Program-made: the position numbers and the translations under genes
Shown: positions 1 through 12,772 of the stretch, in pieces
Layout of the letters: each line of letters starts with the position of its first letter
Position numbering within the stretch: the first letter of the stretch is position 1
From: Octopus vulgaris
Taxonomy: Eukaryota
Length of the DNA stretch: 64,000 nucleotides
Reading direction: 5' to 3'
Assembly (NCBI GenBank): GCA_951406725.2
Contig: OX597817.1
Location: 18,290,001 to 18,354,000 of the forward strand
Notes under the pieces: model-generated
The model's input: only the letters and a program-made list of their open reading frames with translations
What the model was told of the DNA's origin: nothing
The model's database searches: none

Positions 1-14
1 TTCGTCTAACAATA

Positions 15-489
15 AGTAATGTTATTGCTCAAACATTCAAAATCACATTCATTCAATGAAAAGCTGCTTAGTTATCTTCCGTTGAGATGTTGCAAAAAAA
101 GAAAAAAAATAATAATAAATAAGTAAATAAATAAAGATAAATAAAAGAACAATTACCTTAATCAACGGTTCAAGACTGGAGCAGTACTTGAACATTTTCC
201 GAAGGAGAAAAGGTCCAGGCTCAGAATTTTTAATAAGATATTAAATACATGAATTTAACCTTTTGCGAAAGTTATTTGATTCCAGTGTGTGTGAAACTAA
301 TAATATAATCATTTCTAATATCCTAACACAAACTAGTGATTAATACTTAAAATCAATCAATAAAACAACCATCAAAAAACAGTTATAAAACTTTCATCAA
401 ACAGCCACTATCAGTAACGTTATTGCTGAAATATTCAAAATCAGATTCATTCATTGAGAAACAAAATAGTTATCTTTTAGTTGACGCCA
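15..489. repeat. Diverged direct repeat of ~75 bp (15-89 and 413-489)
   Basis: agtaatgttattgctcaaacattcaaaatcacattcattcaatga...tagttatctt versus agtaacgttattgctgaaatattcaaaatcagattcattcattga...tagttatctt; 398 bp offset. Confidence 0.65.
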
Positions 490-1002
490 TCAGACAAAGG
501 AAGAGAGAGAAAAAAATACAAGAAAAAACATCAGAATGAAAACAACAGCAACAACAACAACAATGACAACAACAAACAATAATAAAATAAATAGAATTAA
601 AGATGATGGAAGGAGAGAAAAAGAATCTTGTCTCTTAGAAAGAGACTATTATTTTGTTGAATGAGTTTAAATGAAATAAAGAATAAAGAGGTATCCATAC
701 GATGTAATATACAAGCGTCATATGCAAGGCAGACAACAAATACACACAGTGCCAAAGACAAATAGGTTAAAAGAAAGAATGGCGAAAAAAAAGTGTGAGG
801 AGAAGAGAAAATGTCTAGTCCTAAAGCAAACAATGACTAAGTTAAAGCAGGAAATAACTGCCACGTCTCAAAGATTCAGTCATAAACTTATATTTGGTAA
901 AACATTGACGGTGTTCTATCCTCGTGTGGTTAAAAGCCAACTTCAATAATGATGTAGATTATCAAGCTATCTCGAGCTAATGGGAAAATAAATCTGTTTG
1001 TT

Positions 1003-1135
1003 TGCTCGACCTGCTAGAAATAGCAGCCAAATTTTTCTCATATCAATCATATCAAACTGTTGTAGAAAAGGGCGCATTGAATCACGTAGTCCCGGATAAA
1101 TAATAAAACTGGATGGTCACAGCTTGAACGTCGTT
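1003..1135 (+). repeat. Unclassified interspersed repeat with ctgctagaaatagcagccaaat core
   Basis: Same core recurs at ~26583-26637, ~27190-27215 (+) and ~53770-53910 (-). Confidence 0.55.
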
Positions 1136-1191
1136 GTTGCTGTTGTTATTAAATCTTATATCAGCGAATAGAGCCGACAGGTGGCTAAACA

Positions 1192-1202
1192 ACAACATCA
1201 TC

Positions 1203-1254
<52 letters not shown>

Positions 1255-1412
1255 GCAGCAGCCGTTCAAGAATTTGGACCTGGAGATCTCCATTTCCAGC
1301 TACTTCGAGGGCCACCTCCCAGTGGTGTCGGGCGTCAACGAAGAGCCCTCGATTACAACAAGACGACCAAAGTTTTTTTTTCTTCCAAGGTCTTGGGTCT
1401 CCCACCCCTAAG
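1192..1412 (-). mobile_element. RTE-like LINE 3' end with (TTG)n tail
   Basis: Minus strand reads RGGRPKTL...WEVALEVAGNGDLQVQILERL, resembling an RTE ORF2 C-terminus (RGRP..W / A.DR..WR), and runs into a trinucleotide tail. Confidence 0.5.
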
Positions 1413-1742
1413 TCCTAGACCATCACCTAATCACCCTTACCCGTCTTGTTGCTTAACAACAACAACAACAACAGAAGCAACAGCAATAACGAAAACACCA
1501 ACAGTCTAATTAGATACGAATATCTCTTGTATTGTTTACGTTAAGTCCTATTCCAACCTTGAGCAACTGTGTCCACTCTACTAAAACAGTGATCTTCATA
1601 TGTTACACTCGACATTAATATTGAATTGAAAGAGGATTTCAGAATTGTCTGACACGTTCCAACAACACTCACCTAAACATAATGTGTACTTGAAACAAAG
1701 AGATGGCTTATAATAACAAAGCAACAAGGTCAGATCGAAGAC

Positions 1743-1785
<43 letters not shown>

Positions 1786-1795
1786 TATAATAATA

Positions 1796-2039
1796 GCAAA
1801 ATACTCTCTATGTAATCTCAAGGTTTAAAACAAACATAATTTTCGGTTTAAAAAGGAAAAAAAAAAAAAAAACCTTTTTTTTTTCTTTTTAGACATTCAT
1901 TAGTACAACATCCCCAGCCCCCAAATATATGGCACACTAGGCATAACAACAACATGAACTTCCAACCCTGTTGTCTCTTGAGGTCTCTGGGTGAGACTTG
2001 GAGCCAACTTGTACAAATATAAAGCAAAAGTCAAACATA

Positions 2040-2040
<1 letters not shown>
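1796..2040 (+). mobile_element. 5'-truncated 3' end of an R4/Dong-like LINE inserted in (TAA)n
   Basis: Flanked by (TAA)n on both sides (1744-1795, 2041-2098); begins with ORF end ...KILSM* followed by a 3' UTR containing cttgaggtctctgggtgagacttgga. Confidence 0.55.
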
Positions 2041-2098
<58 letters not shown>

Positions 2099-2154
2099 TT
2101 ATGATATAATAATATTATGATATAATAATATTGTTTATGATAATAATAATAATG

Positions 2155-2955
2155 TGGTTTATGGATGACCTAAAGCTATTCGCTAAGGCTGAAAGAGAAA
2201 TCGAGAGTAGAGTATGACGGCAACAGTGCACATGATTAGCAAAGAATTGGCATGGAATTTGGGATCGAGAAATGTGGTGTAATGTTTCTCAAAAGGGGAA
2301 AATCAGTAAAAGTCATGGGATCAAGATGGAAAGTGGTGAACCTATAAAGGAAGTCGGAGAGGAAGGATATAAGTACCAGGGTATCATTGAAAGAGATAAG
2401 ATGAATGAACACAAGATGAAAAGAAATGTACAAGAAAGAGTATTTGAGGGGAACTCGGTTTGTGCTCCGATCGAAGCTAAATGGCCGCTATAAAATTAGA
2501 GCAATTAACATGCAGGAGGTTGCTTTGATGAGATATGAGGAAGGAATAGTATCTTGGAGGAAGCATGAATTACAAAAGATAGACCGAAGAACAGGTAAAT
2601 TAATGACAATGAACAGGGAACTACACTCCAAGAGTGATGTATCAAGATTGTATGTAAAGAGGAAAGAAGGAGGACGGGGATTGGTATGTGAGAAGGTTGT
2701 GTAGGGGAAGAGGAGAATAGCCTGGCTTGGTATGTGAAGGGGAATAAAGAAGAATGATTGAAGCAGTGAAAATGCAGGGAATCTTAAAAGTGAACGAAGC
2801 CGTAGATCCAACACAATTTAAGAAAGCCCAGAGAGAGCAGATGAAGAAAATTTGGCAGGACAAGAAAATGCACAGTCAGTTCTTGAAGACTAAAAATGTG
2901 ATTGATTGGAATAGATCCTGGCAATGGCTGCAGAAAGGAGACTTGAAAGGGCCCA
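2155..2955 (+). mobile_element. R4/Dong-clade LINE reverse transcriptase fragment (frameshifted)
   Basis: FMDDLKLFAK, GMEFGIEKC, GYKYQGI, SKLNGRYKIRAIN, IDRRTGKLMTM, RLYVKRKEGGRGL across frames; starts immediately after a (TAA)n tract. Confidence 0.85.
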
Positions 2956-2969
2956 CTGAACTAAAGAAG

Positions 2970-3022
2970 GACGAAATGCCGTTAAGTATTTTGTCCTGCG
3001 TGCTAACGATTCCACCAGTTCG
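2970..3022 (-). mobile_element. Head fragment of SINE family B
   Basis: Reverse complement cgaactggtggaatcgttagcacgcaggacaaaatacttaacggcatttcgtc resembles the head at 6961-7020. Confidence 0.55.
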
Positions 3023-3075
3023 ATGTCTCAATGATGATGATTTTTTTCCCCACAGGGACATCAGATGAAAAAGTA

Positions 3076-3229
3076 GTGGTAAGTAGCTTGCTAACCAACC
3101 ACATGGTTCCGGGTTCAGTCCCACTGCGTGGCATCTTGGGCAAGTGTCTTCTGCTATAGCCCCGGGACGACCAATGCCTTGTGAGTGGATTTGGTAGACG
3201 GAAACTGAAAGAAGCCTGTCGTATATATG

Positions 3230-3262
<33 letters not shown>

Positions 3263-3476
3263 ATGTTTGTGTGTCTGTGTTTGTCCCCCTAGCATTGCTT
3301 GACAACCGATGCTGGTGTGTTTACGTCCCCGTCACTTAGCAGTTCGGCAAAAGAGACCGATAGAATGAGTACTGGGCTTACAAAGAATAAGTCCCGGGGT
3401 CGATTTGCTCGACTAAAGGTGGTGCTCCAGCATGGCCGCAGTCAAATGACTGAAACAAGTAAAAGAGTAAAAGAGT
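3076..3476 (+). mobile_element. tRNA-derived SINE family A (CORE-like motif, internal TA/TG microsatellite)
   Basis: tggtaag A-box remnant, ggttcagtccc B-box-like, cttgggcaagtgtcttc CORE-like motif, tail ggccgcagtcaaatgactgaaacaagtaaaaga; about ten homologous copies or fragments in the window. Confidence 0.9.
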
Positions 3477-3811
3477 ATTGCATATCAATAATAAGGTCTT
3501 ATTGACACTGGAGGGTCATCATCTAGAACCAGCCAGAGTACTTGATTGATTCAAGGTCACCTTCACTACCAAGGTTAAGCGCATTCTTGCTGTTCTACGA
3601 CCTAGAAGCTCATGCTTAGAGTAGTTCCATTCATTCTAACCATTTCGTCGCCACAGTCACTCACCCTTTTACAAATTCACAGTAGGAGAAAAATAATAAT
3701 AATTTCTTTATTATCGTTACAAAAGCTGCGGATGAGGGAACATGATAATGCTTATGTGTAATTCAGCTCTGAATGGTAAGTAATAATACGAATATTAATA
3801 CAAATGGTAGC

Positions 3812-3882
<71 letters not shown>

Positions 3883-3887
3883 TAATA

Positions 3888-3923
<36 letters not shown>

Positions 3924-3926
3924 GTG

Positions 3927-3978
<52 letters not shown>

Positions 3979-4028
3979 TGATGAGGATGATGATGATGAT
4001 GATGATGATAATAATAATAATAATAATA

Positions 4029-4063
<35 letters not shown>

Positions 4064-4067
4064 AATG

Positions 4068-4121
<54 letters not shown>

Positions 4122-4154
4122 TTAATAATAATAATAATATTAATAATAATAATA
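3812..4154. repeat. Compound (AAT)n/(GAT)n microsatellite
   Basis: Alternating in-phase blocks of AAT and GAT. Confidence 0.98.
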
Positions 4155-4840
4155 AGAGACGTTGAGAAATCGAGAGTAAGTCGCAAAACGAAAAGGCAAC
4201 GAGGAAAAAAAAAGTATCATTATTTTCAAGAGATGAAGAAAGACTGAAGAAAAAAATGGAGAAATGAAATTAAAGAATGAAGAAATATGACCAAATAAAG
4301 TAAAGAAACGAATATGCAGTAACATAATTGACGGGAGTTCATTTCCCCAAACCTACTCTGTTGTCAAGTTATTAGAGTTACTTCTGTAGGTTGGAGCTCA
4401 GGTTTGAATGGTTGGTAAAAACTGTCCTTGGATTGATTTACGACATAAAATACCTTTTGTATTAGTATTCTGTGTAATGTTCATAGGAACGGAATTTTAC
4501 CATAAAACATCTAAGCAACCATCATCACAGTCACAGTTACAACTATACAACTACACCAACTACAAATGCTTGTTATATCAGTCGCATGAATAATAAGCAT
4601 GGCAGCTCTCCAAACTAGACATGTTGTTTCCGGTATCGTAATGGCTGCATGGACCGTTAAGATCTGGAAAATAACTATTATTTTCAAGTATTGGAGAAAA
4701 TGTCTCTGTTCCACACATTCAAACCTTTTTTGGTGGAGAACTTTCAGTAATGAGTTTCTGGAAATTGTTCAGTGGATAGTATCGAATTACGAAAAAGAGA
4801 GGGAAACGAAGATAGGTAGATAGAAAGAGAGAGAAGCACA

Positions 4841-5031
<191 letters not shown>

Positions 5032-5583
5032 TGAATGTGTGTGTATGTGAGAGAGAAAGTGAGTGAGATAATTACAAAATATATGCACACACATACACAT
5101 GAAAGAAGGATAAGAAGACAGAGAATAAGAAATTGAGAGAAAGAAGAGAGATAGAAGGAGAGAGAGAGAGAAACGTGAAAAGTAATAGCAAGAAAAGATG
5201 GCGTCAAAGCGATAGAAGGAAATAAAATAAAATAAACACAATAGAAAGAAAATGAAAGAAGAAAGAAGAAATAATTAGAGTTTCTTCCGTGTTGCAATAA
5301 GGACAATTTTGCCGGTAACGGCTGCAGTCAATTGAATCAATTCCAGTATATTACTGGTACTTATTTCTTTATTGACATTGGCATGTCAGCTTGTCACGGT
5401 GATTATATTCAACTATGACGTTTTTTTCTTATCTTCTTGTTAAGAATATGAATAGAGACTGGAGTGCTGATAAGAAGAAGCCAGCGGTTGATAACCTATC
5501 GCCAAACACTTGCATCTTGATATGGTTAATATACGTAACTCCGAAATGGTAGGCTACTTAGCCGCCGCAGGGATAAGGACTCT

Positions 5584-5759
5584 GGGATGACCACTAAGTG
5601 GACATCCTATATGCTAGAAGAAGATCACCTACAATATAACTACAAAGAAAAGAAATGTTCTTGTTTGCTGAATTTCTCTAGAGAACATTTCTTTTCTTTG
5701 TAGTTAAATTGTAGGTGATCTTCTTCTAGCATATTGGATGTCCACTTAGTGGTCATCCC
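5584..5759. repeat. Inverted repeat, 78-bp arms with 20-bp spacer, in a Penelope-like end fragment
   Basis: Arms 5584-5661 and 5682-5759 are complementary with 2 mismatches; followed by a terminal motif ending caccctcattatttaaattatata. Confidence 0.95.
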
Positions 5760-5972
5760 TAATATACCCATGCATTACAATTTTTTCTGAATTTTCAGAT
5801 TTTTCTATATGCTAGGCTACTGGTTTTAAATTGATATTAAATTAATATTCAATTTATCACCCTCATTATTTAAATTATATATATATGGTGGTGATCAGGT
5901 GGTGCTATATCAGGTGGTGCTATTAAGTTAGACATGGCCTGGACCAATCTTTGGTCGAAACATATCTAAGTT

Positions 5973-6062
<90 letters not shown>

Positions 6063-6154
6063 TATGTATGTGCATGTATGTGTGTGTGTGTGTATTTATA
6101 TATATATTGGATTGGTGCATAAATAACGGCCGTTTTTTAAAAAATTATAGATAT

Positions 6155-6450
6155 ATAGAATGGTTGTATACTGTCAATCTAACGTGAACGTGACAGTAGG
6201 GGATTACACCACCGCTGTTTAACCCTAGGAAGCATCGACGCTTCCTGATGGCTTCGACACATTTTTTTCCTGTGTCCTTATATATTTACGAAGGGGAGAC
6301 AAACACCCCCCTTCGTAAATATATAAGGACACAGGGGAAAAAATGTGTCAAAGCCATCAGGAAGCGTCGATGCTTCCTAGGGTTAAACAGCGGTAGTGTA
6401 ATCCCCTACTGTCACGTTCACGTTAGATTGACAGTATACAACCATTCTAT
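6155..6450. repeat. Inverted repeat, ~142-bp arms with 11-bp loop
   Basis: atagaatggttgtatactgtcaatc...cgaagggg / ccccttcg...gattgacagtatacaaccattctat; few mismatches. Confidence 0.97.
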
Positions 6451-6745
6451 CGCCCCACCACCGTACATATCTCTATGAGATATTTAGAAATTTAATATTT
6501 CTGATATATATATATAACAAGTGAATTAGCCGGTTAGAATATCTGTACGAAAGTCGATAGCAGCAACCACACTAAGAAGCAATATCTATCGCCACCTAAA
6601 CGTGGCTGCTCCGCAGGGACCGACGCTACTGCTTTTCTTAAGCCCAGGAGGATGCTTCCTCCAACCGGTTATTATTCGATGAAATCTTTATCCGATATAT
6701 ATTGCCAGTAGAGGATTGAACTCCTACCATCTTCCAGCCACAAGA

Positions 6746-6794
6746 CCACCAGAGCATACATTTTCGACCACTTTGTAGTCATCCTCGGTGGTGG
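6746..6794 (-). ncRNA. Degenerate type-I hammerhead ribozyme
   Basis: CCACCA-CCGAGGA-U-GACUAC AAA GUGGUC-GAAA-AUGUAUGCUC-UGGUGG; stems I and II pair, core mutated; sister half-copy at 7717-7752 keeps GAAAC...GUC-CGGUGG. Confidence 0.6.
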
Positions 6795-6960
6795 ATTCTC
6801 GTCTGCTAGAGATAGCATTAATTCATTCCAGCTCGTAATATACAGGACAATAGTGATACACTGTCACTGATTTTGCAACAAGCAAATTAGTCAGTTCGGA
6901 AATCTCTACAAGAGACGAAAGCAGGAATCACATTGAGGAGCAATATCTATTGCCACCTGA

Positions 6961-7553
6961 AGGTGGCGAGTTGGCAGAAACGTTAGCACGCCGGGCGAAA
7001 TGCGTAGCCGTATTTCGTCTGCCGCTACGTTCTGAGTTCAAATTCCGCCGAGGTCTACTTTGCCTTTCTTCTTTCGGGGTCGATTAAATAAGTACCAGCT
7101 ACGCACTGGGGTCGATATAATCGACTTAATCCGTTTGTGTGTCATTGTTTGTCCCCTCTGTGTTTAGCCCTTTGTGGGTAGTAAAGAAATAGGTATTTCG
7201 TTTGTTTTTACGTTCTGAGTTCAAATTCCGCCGAGGTCGACTTTGCCTTTCTTCCTTTCGGGGTCGATTAAATAAGTACCATAAGTACCAGTTACGCACT
7301 GGGGTCGATATAATCGACTTAATCTGTTTGTCTGTCCTTGTTTGTCCTCTCTGAGTTTAGCCCCTTGTGGGTAGTAAAGAAATAGTTATTTCGTCTGTTT
7401 TTACGTTCTGAGTTCAAATCCCGCCGACGTCGATTTTGCTTTTCATCCTTTCGGGGTCGATAAATTAAGTACCAGTTGCGTACTGGGAGTCGACCTTATC
7501 GACTGGCCCCCTCCACCAAAATTTCAGGCCTTGTACCTAGAGTAGAAAAGAAC
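6961..7553 (+). mobile_element. tRNA-derived SINE family B with triplicated body and 16-bp TSD
   Basis: Head ggtggcgagttggcagaaacgttagc; gagttcaaat B-box in three ~185-bp units; TSD atctattgccacctga (6945-6960) / atatattgccacctaa (7554-7569). Confidence 0.9.
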
Positions 7554-7756
7554 ATATATTGCCACCTAAACATGGCTGTTCCGAAGAAACCGATGCTACT
7601 GCTTTTCTTAAGCCCAGAAGGATGCTTCACACAGCTGGTTATTCAATGCAGTAAGTATCCGATATATATTGCAAGCAGCGGGTGTGGGTGAACCCGACCA
7701 TCTTCCAGCCAGGAAACCACCGGACAATAAGGTTTCGACCTCTTTGTGGTCAGTCT

Positions 7757-7818
<62 letters not shown>

Positions 7819-8203
7819 TTCTCATCTTGAGGGTTTATTTTTACCTGTCCCCTGGTCGGTGGTAAGGCTGTAAAACAAAGAGTCCCGTTCCCCTTTTCAC
7901 AACTATTCATAGTTTAAATCTTTAAAAATGCTTTGTTGAGATTTATTGTCCCAGATATAGTACATATCTGTAGCATATGACTTACGGAGCTGCATACATT
8001 CTCGAAGTATATGTGTAGGTACGCATGTATGTGAATGTCTATTATACACCATATATTATATATTTATGTGTAGGCGTGTATGTATCTATGAAACTCTTCC
8101 TTCTATAATAAATGTTCCGGTAGATTCTTTGGAAACTACTGTATTCATACATTCTTAAGATATCTAGGATAATGAAATCTGCAAGACCTTTTAAAAATAT
8201 AAT

Positions 8204-8422
8204 CAGTGCTTTTCAAACTCTTTGCTGGAGCGGAACCCCAAGGAAACATTCCACTGGCTCGAGGAACCCCTGTTCAATAATTTAATAGTCTTATGCACAC
8301 ATATCTGCACAGGAGACTTAAAAATTACTGTCGATTTTAGCAGTTTTGAAACTTCTTGCGGAACCCCTGGACTGTACTGGCGGAACCCTAAGGTTCTGCG
8401 GAACCCTGGTTGAAAACCACTG
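8204..8422. mobile_element. hAT-type MITE
   Basis: Termini cagtgcttttcaa / ttgaaaaccactg; flanking direct repeat atataat; reiterated subterminal ggaaccc motifs. Confidence 0.8.
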
Positions 8423-8552
8423 ATATAATGAATGAATGATTGTGCAAAGGATAACGAACAGACACTTTCTTTCATAACATTGCCTGCGAACTGGTAGCTG
8501 GTTAAAATATACCTCAAAACACCAACCGCACACACAGACACACAGACACACA

Positions 8553-8607
<55 letters not shown>

Positions 8608-9321
8608 ACACAATGGTGGTTGTCAACGCTTAGACGGGTATCTGGACAAATGACTGACAACTTACCACCATCACTGATATATTATCTTATCTTTAGATAT
8701 TAAAGGCATCATCTGTCAGTAATGTCTGCGCTGAAATTTTAAGTCAATAACAGCTTCCACAATACTGTTAAAACTCTCTTCTACAAAGCCAGCTAATCCA
8801 GAAAGAACCCAGCACAAAATTTCCGGCGTCGCAAATGACGCAGGTGTTATTTCGGAATTTCTTTCTCCTTAAGAGATTTCTAAACAAAGACAAGGGTTCT
8901 CTCACTCTCAGTTGTTGGATGTTCGTCATACATACATACATAGATACATACATACATACATACATACATAAATAGATACATACATACTTACGTTCATATT
9001 CCCTCAGAGACAACTAGAAACAAATATATGTGCATAATATACCTCTGCGATAAAATTGGCCTTTCAAAATTCGAAACTGAGCATTACAGATCCAAAGCAG
9101 CCGACTTGCTGTTTCGTCTACGTCAAAATCTGAAAGCCACCAGACACACACACACACACGTGTGTGTGTGTGCATGTGTGTAGTGTGGGTATGTATGCAT
9201 ATACATATATATATATACACGTATACATACATATACATATATATATATATATATATATAAATATAATATATATATATGTAAATTACATAAACACATAAAC
9301 AAACGCACACACACACACACA

Positions 9322-9375
<54 letters not shown>

Positions 9376-9761
9376 CGCATCAAGCAAGCAAATTGAAATA
9401 GATTGTCTGTTGAAAAAGGCGACGTATTTGTTCCAACCAATCATTATTATTCCACTGCTCAGATCTGATCTGATCTCAGATGTATCTTTCAAATATGAAA
9501 GCAATAGTTAACCTTTCACATTTGATTTACTAAATCAATAAGCCGCTATATTGACATCACCAGTTTAAGACCGTCGCATTGCCCAATTAACGGCTCGTTT
9601 ATAATACTTCTGACAATGAACAGATTTAATTCTCGTTAGTTAAGAATTATGTCTTTGCAGTGAAGTCCAACAAGACCGTTGACATTGCCTGGCGTAAGAA
9701 CTGATTTCAGTTATGCCCTCATTCGACCCGAAACCGAAAGTTACCATTTCTCATTTTCTAA

Positions 9762-9832
<71 letters not shown>

Positions 9833-9867
9833 GTATGTATGTATACAAATATGTATCTATGTTAGTG

Positions 9868-9928
<61 letters not shown>

Positions 9929-9984
9929 AAACTAGAACAAAAACGCAAATCAGGACGATAAAACATTCGGACAGATAGACGAAA

Positions 9985-10029
<45 letters not shown>

Positions 10030-10086
10030 CACATGTACATAGATATATACATATATATAGTAAACTCCTTTATTTACCTACATAGG

Positions 10087-10128
<42 letters not shown>

Positions 10129-10152
10129 TGAGCCCAGTTTGTTTACATAGAC

Positions 10153-10262
<110 letters not shown>

Positions 10263-10269
10263 GTATTTG

Positions 10270-10300
<31 letters not shown>

Positions 10301-11114
10301 ATGTATATGTTTGTCTACAATACAGATAAATACACACTTATATGTATGAACAAAAAAATCTATTCAAATAAATATACATAAACCCGCATGTACACGCGTT
10401 TCCATTTTTCAGTCTATGTTGCTGTCTTATGAATCACCGCCAAGGAAAGTACACTCTTTCTCATACATAAACATATTCTCACGCACACATACAAATACAC
10501 ATGCGCCACCTACAAACTAGCGCGCGGACACACACTCACACACATACGCACATACGCACACACACACACACACACGAACACACGCACGTATATACACATA
10601 CATCTATATAAGTGCTTCCCATATCTCATGGTTTTATTTATCAAACGACTTGAAAAGCAATCTCACAAATTCAAATTAAGTAACTCTTTTCTAAGTTATT
10701 TCAACGTATTGAGTGTATTCTCCAGTAATTACATATACGCACTTACATGAGCACACACTTCATTCATTATAGATACTATTCATATATAAAGATTTTTTTC
10801 TTTACTAAAACTGAAGAGTTTATCGTGCTACTCGAGTTTCATGCCATTGCGATCTTCGTGAAACGCGAGTGGCGAGGCGAATCTTTGTTTGAATAAAAAA
10901 AAGACATATCCTCTACAATATATGTTGAGCACTCTTTTCTCGTTTCGGCCGACATTAAGTAACATACACATACACACGCACAAACACACACATACACACA
11001 CATGTTGTCTTAGTGGTGTGAAGCTCGAGAAACAAAACAAGCTCTGTTTTATTTTCAGTAAGAATCAAACCAATATATATTTGTCTCTATATGCATATGG
11101 CATATGCATACATA

Positions 11115-11668
11115 AAAGTGATATCAAAAAGTTTCCGAATTAGTTGTGTATCGCGCCAAGAAACGGCAATACACGACTGCGTGCGCAGTGAGAGCTAGTA
11201 GTGACCTCTATGGAGGTAGTGTGCAAGTGACAACACCGTGTTTTCTTCGCAAGTTGTGAAATTTGTGTTTTTGTGATCATGTGTATGCTGTAGTATGTGT
11301 TTTTCTCATGAACAGGAACAAAGAGCCAACGTTAATTATTGCATTGAACTTGGGACGTGTGCTATAGAGACGTTGAGCACGCTCCGGCAAGCTTAGAGCG
11401 AAGAGGTAATGGGTCGTACACAATGCTTCGAGTGACACGGGCGCTTCAGAATGGGGAAAACGTCCCTGGAAAACGATGAGCAATCTGGAAGACCTGCCAC
11501 GACCGTCACTTCTAGAAATATGAAGAAAATTCATCAGCATGTGCAAGAGGATTGTCAGAGGAAAATCAACGACATTACTGATGTTGTTGACCTGTCGTAT
11601 GGGTCCGTCGATCAAGATTTCTACTTCGTCATTTTGAAGTGTTTGAGGGAGGACATACGGCGAAAGAC
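11115..11668 (+). mobile_element. Internally deleted mariner remnant (N-terminal transposase)
   Basis: RFRMGKTSLENDEQSGRPAT (HTH linker) ... DLSYGSV joined to DQDFYFVILKCLREDIRRK. Confidence 0.8.
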
Positions 11669-11737
11669 ATATGTGTGTGTGTGTGTATTTGCGCATGCCT
11701 TTGTGTTCCCCCTGTTAAACAACAGGTTTTGGTTTGT

Positions 11738-12048
11738 TATGGCACAGTGGTTAGAGTCTCGTACTCACAATCATGCGGTAGTGAGTCCAATTCCTGTACC
11801 GGATTGTGTGTTGTACTCTTGAGCAACTCACTTCATTACACGTTGCTCCAGTTCATTCAGTTGGAGGAGTTCTGACGTCACTGATGCCAAGCTGTATCGG
11901 CCTTTGACTTTCTCTTGGATAACATCGGTGGTGTAAAGAAGGGGGAGCTGGTACGCATGAGTAACTACTCGTCTTCCATAAACAACCTGTACCTTGGAGG
12001 AGATCTTTCTAGGTGCAATCTTATGGTTATTAATGATCGAAGGGAGTC
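11738..12048 (+). mobile_element. Decayed tRNA-derived SINE
   Basis: tggcacagtggttag A-box, gagtccaattcc B-box-like; ttgagcaa..cacttcatt..gttgctccagt body shared with 37321-37555. Confidence 0.7.
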
Positions 12049-12049
12049 T

Positions 12050-12376
12050 TTATCCCCGTAACTTAGCAGTTAGACAAAAAAGACTCATAGGATAAGTAAC
12101 AGGCTTAATGAAAAGACTGGGGGCGATTTGATTAAACCATTCAATCTGGTGCTCTAGCATAGCCGCAATCCAAACACTAAAACAAGTAAAAGATAATGTA
12201 TATATTTTATCTTTTAGGATTAGGTGTGTGATAAGTAGCTTGCTTCCCAACCACATGGTTCCGGGTTCAGTCCCACTACGTTGCACCTTGGGCAAGTATC
12301 TTCTACTATAGCTTCGGGCCGACCAAAGCCTTGTGAGTGGAATTGCTAAACGGAAACTGAAAGAAGCCCGTCGTAT
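12050..12376 (+). mobile_element. SINE family A tail fragment followed by a head fragment
   Basis: Homology to 3076-3476; the head is interrupted by a Helitron at 12378. Confidence 0.8.
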
Positions 12377-12377
12377 A

Positions 12378-12772
12378 TCTTTATATATAAAAGTGAAGTT
12401 GTGTGTCTGTCTCCTACGATTTAAATTCCTAACTACTCCCACATTTTGCGGTGCAGTTTAACCAAAACCGGGTGTCTTATAGTTGTGATTCATATCGAGC
12501 CCTTCTGGGTATTAGCGCGCGTCTACGATGAGTCTACGATTAAAAAAAAATTACCATCATTTTTTCCCATTTTAATGCATTTTTCGCTATTATATAATGG
12601 AAGTAACTCTCTAAAAATGTCTACGACGAGTCAACGATTTAAAAAAAATTTACCATAATTTTTTTTCCATTTTTAATGCATTTTTTTGCTATTTTTTTGG
12701 CTATAACTCTCTAAAAATGCTTATATAGTTATTTCCCTTACAAACCCGAGCAACGCCGGGCGATACTGCTAG
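12378..12772 (+). mobile_element. Non-autonomous Helitron
   Basis: 5' TC (a|tctttatatataaaag); 3' hairpin cccgagcaacgccggg then CTAG|t; inserted between A and T with no TSD. Confidence 0.88.

Larger units (their letters stand above)
6575..7752 (-). mobile_element. Tandem hammerhead-containing repeat (Penelope pLTR/retrozyme-like), ~360-bp period, second unit split by a SINE
   Basis: agcaatatctatYgccacct at ~6578 and ~6939; unit 2 resumes at 7554; both units carry hammerhead sequence. Confidence 0.7.

Noticed and set aside
1181-1411. PolyQ ORF resembling a transcription factor
   Set aside because: The (CAA)n is better explained as the tail of an antisense RTE-like 3' end
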